In this document: positions 50,766 to 64,000 of the stretch, one piece after another
Numbering within the stretch: the first letter of the stretch is position 1
How the letters are laid out: each line of letters opens with the position of its first letter
DNA from: Enoplolaimus lenunculus
Lineage: Eukaryota
Length of the DNA: 64,000 bases
Assembly (NCBI GenBank): GCA_030248215.1
Contig: JASANG010002922.1
Location: 1-64,000, forward strand
Direction of reading: 5' to 3'
Translations under genes and position numbers: made by a program
Notes under the pieces: model-generated
Databases searched by the model: none
The model's input: the letters and a program-made list of their open reading frames with translations, nothing else
What the model was told of the DNA's origin: nothing

Positions 50766-53700
50766 TTATTCAAAAGTCAAGCTCGACAACAATTGAGTAT
50801 CAGCATTCGCTTTTAATTTCCGTTCACGTTCTTGTTGATCTTCAAATTGTTTTGATTCTTCCAACTCAAACAACGGTTGAGTACATTCCATTTTATCTGA
50901 ATCACCGTCGTTCAAAACCCTACCATTCTTAGAGACTTTTTCAGCTCCAAATGCTGCATTTTCATCGCTTGTAACATCTGTTCGTTCTTTCGCAATATCG
51001 TTCCAATACTAAAAATACAGCCTGGATGTAAATCACCAAGAAAGTGTTTGATCATAAACCCCCACCGACCGCGCATCGGTGAGCTTGGTTTTTGCAGCTG
51101 GTGCAATTTAAAAAGTTAACAGTTACAGAGCATGAAGTAAAAATTTCAAACTTACTGCTTTCTCCTCAGCCGCCAGCATTGCAAATCTTTGCATAGCAAA
51201 CGCGTTAAAATTGCTTGCATCCAATGTAGGATCGCCTTCGAAGTTTTGTGATAGCACATCGTACTGAGATTCAAGCCAAACGTTAAATCCGTTCAATGAA
51301 GTTCTTTTAAATGATCTGAAAACCCAAAAAGCACGTCAATGACTATAAAGCCCATGCTATCTATAAAAAGCTACCCACCAAGCCTAAGCCTAAAAGCATA
51401 AGTTTTTATCTGTAGAAAGCACCGCACCGCAATAATTTAATGATGCTGATACACAAGAAAAATAAAGCAACACCGCCAAAAGTTTGTACGCTTGACACAA
51501 ATTAATGTAATCTGCGTTTGTTCACGTCAAATAGACTTATTGAGCGAAAGTCGGGGTTTTACAAAGCTTTTTGTGTTTTGTACTGGGGGTCGAATAGTGG
51601 GTGTCGGTCTGTCAGTTAGATGAGAATCTCAGGAACCTCTTTTGATTATATTTTGTTTGACATATTATTGTCCTGGCATGTTAGACTGGCATTGGAGTTA
51701 AAAATCTTAATCCCTTTATTAGCAAAACGCTAATATGAATAATTGGTTATACAAATTAGTTAGCTATTCCACAATTTGACTTTATAAGCTCCAGCAACCA
51801 ACTCGACGAATAAAAAACTAAGCCGTCCAAAATATACGTTTGTCCTTTATATGCTTGGAATGTTTAACTAGACTGAGGAAAAAAGTAAGTATGTCCGAGT
51901 TTCGCTCAATACGATATGACGACTGGTGTTCACTAACACCATATTCAGGTCCACGTTCTCTTTGTCTTTTTCGTTTGTATCTGACACAATAGCAGTTGTG
52001 GCACCGCCAAGAACAAGCCTTGCTTGTTTTGATGTCTCTTGTCTTGCTGTTGTTCCGGTTTTGCTCGAAGATTTCCGCTTACTCGCAGCGGTCATTCCTG
52101 AAGTTCTAGCCGGTACCGGTTCGTCAAACACAGATTCACCGCGTTTGGGTACGCCAGAACTATCAGCTGCATCGGTATAACCGGTCGCATTTAGCGCGTT
52201 CTGAGAAGTTTTCTGAAACTCTTGCATCAAAAGTGAACATGAAACATTCATTCAATTTCATCAACGACACTATTGAACCGACAACCGTGTCAAAAGTTTG
52301 TGTCGAAGAATGATCCAGCCAACGCTAATGGTGCAAAAAATAAAATAATTACCATTGAGACGCTTGTAGACTAAAACAAAACTAAAGCCAAATTCAGCGT
52401 GAACTTGCATTTGCAATTTGCTAGTTAGAGCAAGTTGGTAGCTACAGCGAATTATCGCTGGAAATATGCACGTGCGAGAATGGGGCTATGAATAGCTAAC
52501 CTTGAATGGATTAGAAGAACCAGGGAGCGATCTTCTGGCAAATTTCAATTTCGCAGGCACTGGATTTGCTAATAAATCTGAAGAACGAGACAAAGCTGAA
52601 AATCCATACGCATGCTAGCCAAAACACTTTGCATACGCGAGTTCTTTTTTCAGATCTCGACAGTTAACTACGCTTTCTGATCAGCGAAAAAATTGTTGCA
52701 GCGATTACACATTGCTAGGCAGTAGGTACAGTAAAAGGTAACATACTAATGAAAATTAAATATTAATACTAGTTCAGCTTTCAAAAACATACCCGCATCA
52801 ACACGTTTGGATACAGGCTGGAGTCGCACATCAGCTGATTCACATCTTCTTATCGGTTCTCGCGTCAATGGAACGTTAACAATCATCGGAGCTGCACAAC
52901 CGTCGTGTTCATCTGGTTCTGAGCTATAACAGAAGACTTGTTTCATACTTAAAGTGGCGATGTACCTTTCATTATTTTAATACCGTCCGGTGCCATCCGA
53001 ACTCGTCCTGCAACGCACGTGAATTGCAGCAATGCACCGCATAACAATTTGAGAGCGAAATTGTATTGACGTGCGGGGCCGTCAAAATATTAACCTCCGA
53101 CTTCGTTAATGACTTACAATATCTGAAAAATTAGTCTATTCCGATGTTAATCTACAGTCTCACTCGGTGAAACACAAAGCAATTACGCAACTAACCTGCT
53201 TTCTCTGTAATTGCGAATACGAGGTGCTTGCCGTCTTACAGCATCCTCTCTATCCGCGTCTTCCCTCTGTGCTTTTATTCGTGCTAAATCGGCCAGTTTC
53301 TCCGCAAGTCCCATTAACCGAGCTTTTGTTGCGTACCTGTAAACATAAGTACGTTTGTCAGCGACTGGAAATTTGCTATAAAAATGTCATTTGCGCGAAT
53401 TTTTCGTCCTAATGCTCTTTCCTCTGGGACCTCAGAAAATTTTAGATCCAATAAAACTTACTGAATCAGCAATTGCACTTGAGCACATTTCGGCATCAAC
53501 CGTGCGATTTCGAGCGCCCGACACTCCCGTTTAGAGCTGCAAGCGATCTATGAATAGAAAACAAATTACCATACAATGCATGACATATCTCACAAAAGTG
53601 CATACTCATATGTGTGTAAAATCCATCATCAGTTGGTGATAATCTTGTTACTTAACAACCGACGAATGATGATATTCGAAATTTAGCACATTTTGAACTC

Positions 53701-56700
53701 GACTTAATCTGTGTACATTTTCAGATCGGTAACTGGTGATAAAATACGGCCGGATTTCCACTGGGGAAATCTATATATCCAACTCCAATAGATTTCACAA
53801 TAATCATACTACAAATTGAAATTAAAACGTTTTCAAATTTTGAACGAAATATTCCGGTCACATCACACAACATGCAATTGCCAAAAGATTTAAAATTGTC
53901 GTTGCTCAATGTATTATACTATATAAGGTACGTTTGTACGCACCTACACACAACTCAGCATGAACATTTCAAAAACTTACCCTAAACAAATGAAAAATAT
54001 GAGAAACTTCTGACTTCAACTGTTCTTCACATGCTTCGTTTTGGTCTGTATTAAATCCAGCCGCTGACATATTCTCTTGAAACAAACGACACAATATCAG
54101 CGAATTCTAAAAGTAAACTCAATATTTCATCAAGATGCATACGGAATTAAAAATTGCGGAAACGGAAACTGACAATGAAAAATAATAGACGGCTGCGCTA
54201 CCGGGAATACTATTTCAGTTCGACCCTTTCTTTAGCAGAGAAACGATTTCTTTGTTGTCGTTTGCTATTTTGCCCTGTTTGTAGCGCACGCCAGTTGCTG
54301 TTTAACCGTAAAACGTCCGAACTGCAAAAGCCAACGCTTTAAAATTTTGTATTGTCAGTTGGGTTAGTAATTAAAAAAATGCAAAATCCTAAATACACAT
54401 CAGTTTAAACTGAACACAAAGCAGGACTACGACTACCACCAGTACCATCATAACACTCCCTGTTGCACGAAATATTTTGATTAAATAATTGCATTAACAC
54501 CTACAGGTGTTTCGCACAATATGGCTAATATGGCTTGTTACACAGTCTTTTAAAATTAAAATTTTATACTGAAACTCTTAACGACTCTGTTATGAAGCAA
54601 TATAACATTTTTATGTATATATTAGTATCAATCTTATTCAACGTGTACTATGTACATATAAAATTTTCTGCAACGAACTGAACTATAAAATTGCAAACCT
54701 CAATGTTTGTCTTTTCCGTCTGCGCGTCACAGAGCAACAAACTCCACGTTACCACGCTCACTGTTGGACGCGGCACAACGTTTGGATATAGCGAACCTTT
54801 GCAGAAAACGCATCTTAAACAACAGTTGAGTACCAAAACAAGCCAAAGAGTGTAAATTTTAACAGTGCTAAAATACTATTCCGAATAACGTTCCAGGAAA
54901 ACTTTTCCATTTATGCTATTTTCAAACAACATTTAATAAAAGGCAAATTAGAACAGAGAATCGTAATAAAAATCGGTTCAAGCAGTAAAATGAAAATACA
55001 AAACTTTCTTTCTTAAAACAAAAACCCACCTCACTTGAGCCGGGTATTCGTTGATGCTAATCACCCACATATTGTCGGAACTACGCTTCGTCTGAAACAA
55101 AAAAACCGTAAACAGCCAGAAACCTAAACAAAAATTCAGTAGTTCCGCGTTTTGCAAAGCTAAGCTAACGCAACCCAGTCAACAAAGCTGTTTCTTTAGA
55201 AACCAGTATTCTAATCTCATGAATACCCGCAAATATTTTGTACCACGTGATTAACCATTAATTTTACTTCAAAAATATATTAATTTTTATTCGAATGCTT
55301 TATTGGCTCGGTACGGTACCACGTTTTCACCATCATATAAACATAGTGATACCTGAGTTTTCAAATCAAGCACAGGTGTCCAAGCAAATGTCATTTTGCG
55401 ATAAATATAAACAATATTGCTTGTATCGACACAACATAATGATCCTATCTCGGTAAACCTGCATGTACAATAAAAGAAAAATAATACAACAAATATCCAA
55501 CAATCAATGATGTCATTGATAAAATAATATAAAGGAAAATCTATTAGTTAGAAACTTGACATTGTACAGCATTATATCCGACCCCAATCATATACAATAC
55601 AGAAAGCTCTCCGATTTTAGCGATTTAAACACAACCGGTACAACCAAAACTATTTACTGCCATTGTAATAGCTGTTGGTTGAAAATAATGTGTGCTATGC
55701 ACGACTGACGTGCTACAAAAAGCTAAGCCATCTGCTATTTTCAATTTCATGTTTAGTACCTGCCTCGCTCGATTTACGAACAATCCTTTTTTTTTGATTT
55801 CAGCAGAAATATTTGCTGCACTGTTCGCATGCAGCGCTTTACGAAAAACAGATGAGCATAATATGACTAAACTTACCCGACCCAGTATAACGATTTTGTT
55901 TGTTGCAATGGAACCTTAATCGAATTGTTCTTATTCAATCCGACTGGCGAAGACTTTCGTTGAAACAGATCAACGGCATAGAGCAAAATACTCATATTTT
56001 GGCAATCGGCTAGCCCTAAATAAATACAACGCAAAAATAACGAAACCATTTCTGAAAACGCATGTTGTGGTTCCACTAGCTAAGGCTCAAAGGAATAGTA
56101 TGTTTTTAAAATAACAACACAATAACGCCATCAGTTTCGGAACTAAAATTCGATTTTGCAAGTTCTAAGTGAAATGAGACAATTGCGATAAAAACTAAAA
56201 ACCCTTACTTGTCACTTGTCAGAATATGTGGTTGGCTAAAACTACTCAAGCAAGGTCAAAATTACAAACAAACGATTGCACTAGGGCTGTATTTCGAGCA
56301 AGATGAACTCCATCCAATCGAACGGCCTACCGTAACCACACATTATCTATAAGCCAAACCCCATTAAACAGAGCAAACTGTACTTACCCAACGCATCATG
56401 ATGAGCAGAATGTACTTACCCATCGCATCATGATAAGTAATTGCTAGCATTTCGGCATGAGCAGCCATGGTTACAATTGGGCCAGGCGAACAGAACATAT
56501 CGAATTGAGTGCCTCCGACAGTAAATATTCGAACAAAATCGTTCGATGAAGAAGTTGCTAGCCAGCCGTTTCCAATACACAGCGTCTGAAATTCATAAGT
56601 AATTTTATATATTGTTTCAGAAATTTTTGTAACTCAATGTCATAACCCCTTATAGTGACTTTGATATATTTCGATTAATAATTAATCGTCACGTGGCCCT

Positions 56701-59700
56701 CTCCAATCTAGAACAGTTGCTATGCTCATATATACGTAGCACTAATGTTTGCTGTTACACTAATTTAGTACATATATGTTTATGAACATACCGTAATATC
56801 CTCTCCAGGAGGAAATTCAACGCTCCATTCATTTGAACCATCCCACGACGCGAAATAAAGAACTCTCAGTTGACTAAAATTTAACATCAACGGTAACACT
56901 ATAGACCATGTACTTCATCAAATATGCTTAAAAGGCAATTTAAAGAAAAAATGACAACTAAAATGTTTTAGCATTCAATCCCATATTTTCTATCAAAGCA
57001 GAAGTCGAGACGCAAAAGATACCTAAACTTAAACTTTCGGCGAAATTAAATGAAATTCTATTGTAACCGTCTAGTTCAAACAACATCTTAAACAACATTA
57101 CGACATTAGCAAAAATTTATTAATCCGTATGCAGACCAATGCCTTACCTATTCGTTTCGCCTTTGCTCGGAGCACCGAAAACGACAACTTCGCTGCTCAA
57201 GTCCGCCAAGGTGAACTCTGTGCTTGAATTATCCAAATGAATAGGATGATACACCGAAGTATCATGAAATTCAACATCAATTGTTCGGTCAGCATCTGTT
57301 TCGTATTGTCGAATAATACCAACAGTGTTCCATTTCTAAAAATGGTTAGCAAAACCATTACCGCGTCTTCAATTCTATTCAAATTCGTACTAAATAAGCC
57401 ATATTCCATCAATACGACAAGAGATATAAAATGTTTATTTACCGAAATATATTAAACATTTCAAATATTCTGAACTTAGACTCAGTTTATGTCGTCAGTG
57501 TTTTAGAAGTAAGCGGACCCCATAAAGTTTTCAGAAACCCGAAAATACGTAAATCTTAAACTGATTATACCTACAAAACGTTCAGAAATGTAAGCATTCG
57601 CTTACCATAAACCGCTGCCCCGCGCTAAGCGGTGTGGAACTGCATACAAACGCTGCTTGCGACTCTACCGGATACCATGCTGGCTCCGGTTCCATTTCTA
57701 CGAAAGCGGCATCTTCGTCTTTTATCTGACCATCTGGATCCACGATTGGTTCGTCGTCTTCTAACCGTGTTACTAGCTTGTTATAGCTCGCTTTTATCGC
57801 TCCAATGTCAGACCCTAAAAACCCATGCGATCCACAAGCAGACATTACAATTAGTAGTTTTATTTTTCATCTTTTATCCAAGTCCACTTAGGTGAATAAA
57901 TTCCCACTCGCGTTTCAGTGCGAACTATACACTTCACTGCCACTTACAATCTAATAGACTATAGGTATGCTGCAATACTGTTGCTCAAACAGTGCTTCAA
58001 TAAACCAGGGTTCCAGCGGAATTCCAGTTCCGGCCGGAATTCTTTAAAATCGATTCCTGTTTCTGTTCCAGCGTTGCTGAATGCAGGGACCGTAGTTTTT
58101 ACGGTGTTTTGCCAAATCTTTTAAAGATTAAAAGATTTTGTAGTTGCAAACTTTGATCTCGTTATGTTTAGTTAGCAAATGGTTAAATTGAAATATTTGA
58201 GAGTGAATTTACACGAGTGGCAAAAACAGAAAAGAAATCGTGAAAAATTTGCTGAAGGAACGTTTCTGACTAGGTTAATAAAAAGTAAAACAGTAATTCG
58301 GCATTGAAAATCATTGTAAATACTGGTTCCTGTTCATAAAAAGTTCAATTTCTGTTTATGTTTCGGCAAATTTAACTCCTGTGGATCCTGCTCTCCTTCC
58401 ATGCGCTGAATCACCCCCGTTACTGATGTCATTCATAACATCATCCTCACACCAATATATAAATTTCCTGTTGTTCACTATAGTTTAAACGTAAACACGT
58501 TGAACCAAACTTTATTGATTGCTTATCCAACTTTTCCCTTTGCTTATGTAGCATAGAACTTACCGGCTTTTGGCAAGGTGCAATTCTGTTGTCTAAACTG
58601 CACCACCAAACACACAATCCAACTCACCTCTCGTTTCGCTATCGGGCTCCGGTTCTCTCCTTTCATTGGTCGATTCTCCTCTATTAATGATGTCATCCAT
58701 AACATCATTCTCATCCTCATCATCGTCATCTTTAACCATCAGACGCCTTCGATTAGACTGTGATCGTGTCATTCGAAGTTTATTATTATTATTACCAGTA
58801 GTATTATTATCGTCGTCATCATCATCAACAGCATTGTAGCCACGCGTTATACCACTTCCGCTTTGACTATTACCTGGTGTAGTTGTTGTAGTGGTATCAG
58901 CAGTAGGCTGACTGTTTGGCCCGTAATTACTCGTGCTACTATCAGCGTCGCCAAACTGATCAATCTTAACACCGAAAAAGTCGTCTAAATCATCATCATC
59001 ATCTTTGTCATTATTATCACAACGTGTGTTGGTTACACCTTGACCATTGGTAGATCTTTTCGCTGAACTCAGGTCCGATGTGTTCACCGCAATCTGCAAT
59101 AGTTCTTGAAGTTATTACCAATCCCAGCGCGTACAGACAGGTAGGAAAGAGTAAGAGATCCGCAGCCCCACCGACTCCACAATCAAGATTCATTACTGTC
59201 TGAGACACAATGCTTTATTGCATCATCATTAGTGGTTGCCAATTATAAGCAGATGCCGCAGTCGATTTCGGTTGATCAAAGATATGTACCTTTCGAACCA
59301 GTAAAACAGAGTTTATGACAATTCACGTCTGTTTGCGGTAGATGGTTTACACAAGTGCGGACATTGACTTATTTGTAGACTAGTTAGTTAGATTGTATCA
59401 AAACTTAACGCCAATTGGTTATACATGCTAAGTCATTCTATAAAATCAAAGCTTACCACTCGTGTTATATCCATTTAAAAACTTTGGACGTTTGCCTTTT
59501 TTAATGTGCACGTAGAAAAAGTTTTCAACGTATTTCTCACCTAGGAGTTTGAATACTTAATTCCTTTGTTAGTTGAATTAAAATAATTTTAACTGCCGAT
59601 TGAGTTACATCGAGCCAGGGATATGCCCCCACACCACTACCTGCGGTCTAACATCTGTTCGTTGCAGTATCGGTTCATCGATTTCAAACCATCCAATATA

Positions 59701-62700
59701 TCCCTGGGAACAAACAACAGCATGTGACATAGATAACTAAAAAGTACTGCATGAAACAAAGAGATATCCAGTGAAACGTTAGTTACACTTGGCTAATAAG
59801 TCCAACAGTTTTACACAAGCAATGTTTGCGTTAGGATATTTATTATCGCAGCGGGGGAGTTCTAGTAAGCAACTGGATATCCGAATTCAATTCAGTGCTC
59901 AGCGAAAAATTAACATCCAATTACAGTTCGAAAGAAACGCGGTACAAACCAATTTATACAGTTCGACAGTATACGAAGTGTATTTCTACTAAGTTGCACT
60001 CAAGTCGATACGAGAGCATTCCACAAAGTATCCACAAACCAAGCCCGCGTACGGAATAAAATACAATAAGGTATATTTCTTTATCATGTGCAACCTTTAC
60101 GTTTCGAAATCTTTCACCTGTGTTTTTTGATTTTAAATCAACAACATAACATACATTGAGGTCAGAATACAAGAGGCGATTATTGAAGTCCGGATGCCAA
60201 ATCAACCCGCTCAGTGATTGTTTTTCTGTTGTCCTCACTCTTAAAGAAAAAATCTGAACTCATGTAATTATTTTCAAGTAAGACATGTGTAACTCCCTAG
60301 AATTTGAGAGGGGGCACCCTAGCCTAGCCCGGCACTGACTACACAGCAGATTAGTTTGTTTGCCAGCTGGGTCAAACGGTTGTTCTGGATACGGAATAAA
60401 ACAAAGCGCTTTCACGCTCGACATTTATGCAACAGCTGCACAGCAAAATACTTAGAGCACGTGACGGCATGGTCCCGATGCCAACTGGGTGAAGTAGCTG
60501 TTCAGGACCCGACATATACGTACGCATCGCTCGTTTTTGCAGAAATCCCGACCGGAACACGAATTCTGGTGGAATCTTGTTAATGATTATGTTCCAGTAA
60601 ATTCTTGGCATTAAATATGGAATTATAGTTTTAGCACGCTGAAATAATTTTTCGCACACTTGAAAGAATTACCCCACACCGCAAAATTTAAAACAACACG
60701 CTATCGAAGTTACACACAAAAGCAACTGCTAAACGCTTACCTACTCAAAAAATGATTACTGACTGAATTCCATAAAACAATTTGGCCGTCTTTGCACGCA
60801 ATCGCTAAAACTGACGAGTTCTTTGATACCGCACATATATTTGCGCCCTGAAATAAGCGTATTGTGCGCAAAGGTTTAACTCATTTCTGCACAGAGGTTT
60901 AACTCATTTCTGCGGTTCCTTATGCTCAGTGATGTTCACATAGAGGCTGTAACATAGGCCTGTCCCTAAATAGTTTTGCCTCTGTCGCCTACTAGCGAAA
61001 TGGTTTGAAAGGTACTGTTTGTTCCAACGGAACTACAAAGATCACTGCTGAGGATACGGGCAGTGAATCGAACTGGCAACGGTAAGTAGTAATATATCAA
61101 ATGACATTGCTTTCCAAATCTGTAACCTTTCTTGATATCTATTGGCGCAGAACCTTCGTTTAAAAATTAATTTCAATTACAAAGCTAGATTCAAGCTGTT
61201 GAAATCGAGATACTTATTGATAAAACCATATATTACGTCAAACAAAGCCAAGGTAAGCCATTTTACGAGCATTATTATAGTGATGGCCAATCAGAACTGT
61301 TATTTCTTGTATGCGTCATGTTATCCAGATATTTCAATCCCATTTCAAACCAAATATTTTGAATTAACTCACAGTTATATGATCGTCTTTAATAGTAGCA
61401 CACAGTGTCCACGATGAACGTTCAAGCACTATAACTTCGCTGCCGTTTGGAATATAAAGAAGCTTAAAAACAGATCTATAGACTGTCAGCGAACACCAAA
61501 TTTTGTCTAACATATATAATATATATTATACGTATATATAAATATCCACAAACATTAATTACACATGCGTATTGTGAAATTTGGCATTTGCCTCGACGTT
61601 TGTAAATTTTAATGCTTTGAGTTAAAGCAGTGCACTTATACAGCTAATTTACATAGCTGAGCGTGCACCGTAATAATATGCCAAAGATATAAACTCTCAT
61701 AGTCACTATATCAATCACTTACACGACCAGTAATTGGTTCCCAGCACATTGCAACAACAATCGCTTCAATACTATAAATGCAAACAAGCCAAGAATGATA
61801 CAAACGTTTAGTATTACATCCAAAGTAATATATACCAATATATGCATCGAAAAAAACAAAATTATGAAATGTAAGAGCTCAAATGTTCTAACAGTCGAAG
61901 GGTATTTAGACATCGAAAAATTATATATTGCTTAATAAAATAGACTATATTCGAGCATTGACGTATCCGGCACTTTGGAAAGGGTGCGGGTTATGTTTAA
62001 GTATTCAAATGGGGGAGGGTATCTTGCGCTATAAACTGAAGCCGCGTCTAAAGACTCTTGCACCAATGAAAGAGAAGGTGAACGTTCCCCCCACATAGTG
62101 TTTACCACCTGCTTAGACTGATACTTAAGCTCTGGTTAGTTGTATGGAAAGGAAATTTATGTGGGGGCAACTAAACAAGTACCACCATAAACTTGGGTTC
62201 GCTACATCTACCAGAGGAGGGGGCCCACTCGGCCAAAGCTTCTAAACAAGACTTACTCCTGGTTCAATCCCGCACCTCGAGATTACTTTTGTGCAAAATG
62301 TGTCAATTATAATGCAATAGATAAAGCGTGTAAAGTGTATGCGCATGTGATATACGAGTGATCAGGAATGGTTAAATGGAACTCCTAGCTTCGCCCTTGT
62401 ATTCGTTATACGTCAACACCTACAACAAAACAAATCGCCCAATTGAATTCGTAGAATAACGAAACCTACTCAAGAACAGCAACCTTTGGCAGCAATTGTC
62501 TCGTAGCAACACATTTACTATCGGCAATAGACCATATTTTAGTTGTACCATCAGCACATGCAGATGCCTAAACGACAGAAATTTTGCAACCGATTTCATG
62601 TGCCAAAAAACCTTTAGAACAGTATATATTGTTATTCAAGTCATATATAGGTCTCAAAATTCGATGCAAAGGTACACAGCACAATACTAATTTGTGCGTT

Positions 62701-63075
62701 TAATTTTTAGGTACCAGGTCCATAGATACAGGGATTGATGACAATAAAACAACCATCAAGGTGTTATAAACAATTTGGTGGGTTACACACTGCATAGTCT
62801 TTTAAAATAATATATAATTTTACGCTGCAATTAATCTTGACTCTGTTATGAACCTATTTAGCTTTCTTATATTAGTGTCAATTGTCAATGTTATTCATAA
62901 AAATGTAGTTTGTGAACGCAATTGCAGATGTTTTTGTATATTTTATTTTATAACATCACTTACAAAGTAAATTTCCTTTGGATCCAAAGCAACGTTAAGG
63001 ACAGCTGCCTCATGACCGTCAAAATCACGATGATCCGTTGCATCATTCACATTTACCCAACGAATTTTAAAATCC
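50766..63075 (-). CDS. WDHD1: WD repeat and HMG-box DNA-binding protein 1 (AND-1/Ctf4), multi-exon, 5' end beyond the window
   Basis: Exons encode DFKIRWV..FDGHEAAVLNVALDPKEIYF, ASACADGTTKIW (WD40), FVCSSTPLSAGQRFM/KWNTVGIIR..IDVEFHDTS (SepB domain) and NGFNVWLE..AMQRFAMLAAEEKA/YW (HMG box). Stop TAA at 50766-50768. Confidence 0.93.
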
Positions 63076-63082
63076 CTAAAAG

Positions 63083-63479
63083 CAGGGTGCAACCGGAATT
63101 ACAATTTACCGGAACCGGAACCGGAATTTGAAAATTTTACCGGAACCGGAACCGGAAACGGAACCGGAAATTGAAAAATGCATTTCACCAAAATTTTCAT
63201 TTTAATCTTATTTTTTGCTCTGTTATTTGTGAAATAACCTTAGTCGAACATAGGAATTTATTTTATTTGTTGTATTTTAGATTTTCGTCGTCAACTGAAG
63301 TGAAATCCACCATCAATGGCTTATATTCGGAGTACAAGTGGCTTTCAAAAGAGATTCTTAAAAATTAGCAAAGTTAAGAAAACGGCCAAATTTTAACACC
63401 GGAATTTTTAAATCCGGTAAAAATTTACCGGAACCGGAAGGTGAAAAAATGCCGGAACCGGAATTCCGGTTGCACCCTG
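63083..63479. mobile_element. hAT-like MITE with ACCGGA subterminal repeats (related: ~20513-20800, 42349-42612, 46898-47905, 58007-58390, 63811-63900)
   Basis: TIR CAGGGTGCAACCGGAATT / AATTCCGGTTGCACCCTG, perfect 8-bp TSD CCTAAAAG. Confidence 0.9.
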
Positions 63480-64000
63480 CCTAAAAGACAAATAAGCTAC
63501 ACCTACAATTTTACTTCAAAATTTAAGCGGTTTGCATCTGATACCTAAAATGGAAACACAGGATTACCATTCCACTAAAAATACGTAGCACCACAGCACA
63601 GTAACCATTACTCAAAATCTACTTACATTTTTGTGATATTTATCCAGTATTTTTACTTGCACTAGTTCCGGGTTTTATGAAATTTTAAAGAAAATGACAA
63701 TTTAAGTCACGAACTTTGCGTGTCACAGGATGCAAAATACCTTAAGAATGGCAATATCAGTAGTTTAGTTCACACGAAGCCATTATTACGTATCCAGCTG
63801 TACTACCAACTAGTGTACGACCGGATATTAATTTACCGAATACTGGAACCGGATACGGATAGTAAATTTTTTACCGGAACAGGAACCGGATACCGGATAT
63901 TATATATATTGAAATAATTTATTTTTCGCTGTATTTTAGCGTGCTCAAGGTTTTCGTCTGTTATAAACTTTATAGTAGCTACTGATATACTGAAATCACA

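Noticed and set aside
1..64000. Autonomous transposase, rRNA or bona fide tRNA genes
   Set aside because: No long transposase or RT ORF, rRNA-like segment or fully canonical cloverleaf was recognisable.

Overview
AT-rich, intron-rich eukaryotic DNA, most likely from a nematode (abundant TTAGGC/GCCTAA repeats, TTTCAG-type acceptors); the taxon is inferred, not shown. Positions 1-12779 form a giant inverted duplication: arms 1-5849 and 6923-12779 around a ~1.07 kb spacer, carrying two head-to-head copies of a PUF60-like splicing factor gene. The left copy has many single-base deletions and may be an assembly or amplification artefact. Downstream are spliced genes for tropomodulin (-), a MATH-BTB SPOP-like adaptor (+), a GT11 alpha-1,2-fucosyltransferase (-), a probable secreted Thr-rich protein (+) and WDHD1/AND-1/Ctf4 (-, 5' end outside the window). 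Introns and intergenic DNA are packed with non-autonomous DNA transposons. The notable items are: a GG-terminated, 8-bp-TSD (Merlin-like) MITE family whose cargo is telomeric TTAGGC repeats; a TTAA-flanked piggyBac-like MITE carrying a tRNA-like Pol III cassette; an array of four hairpins with identical cores and covarying stems at 44652-44800; and a hAT-like MITE whose TSD duplicates a WDHD1 splice acceptor. Exon boundaries were read by eye and the 5' ends of most genes are tentative.
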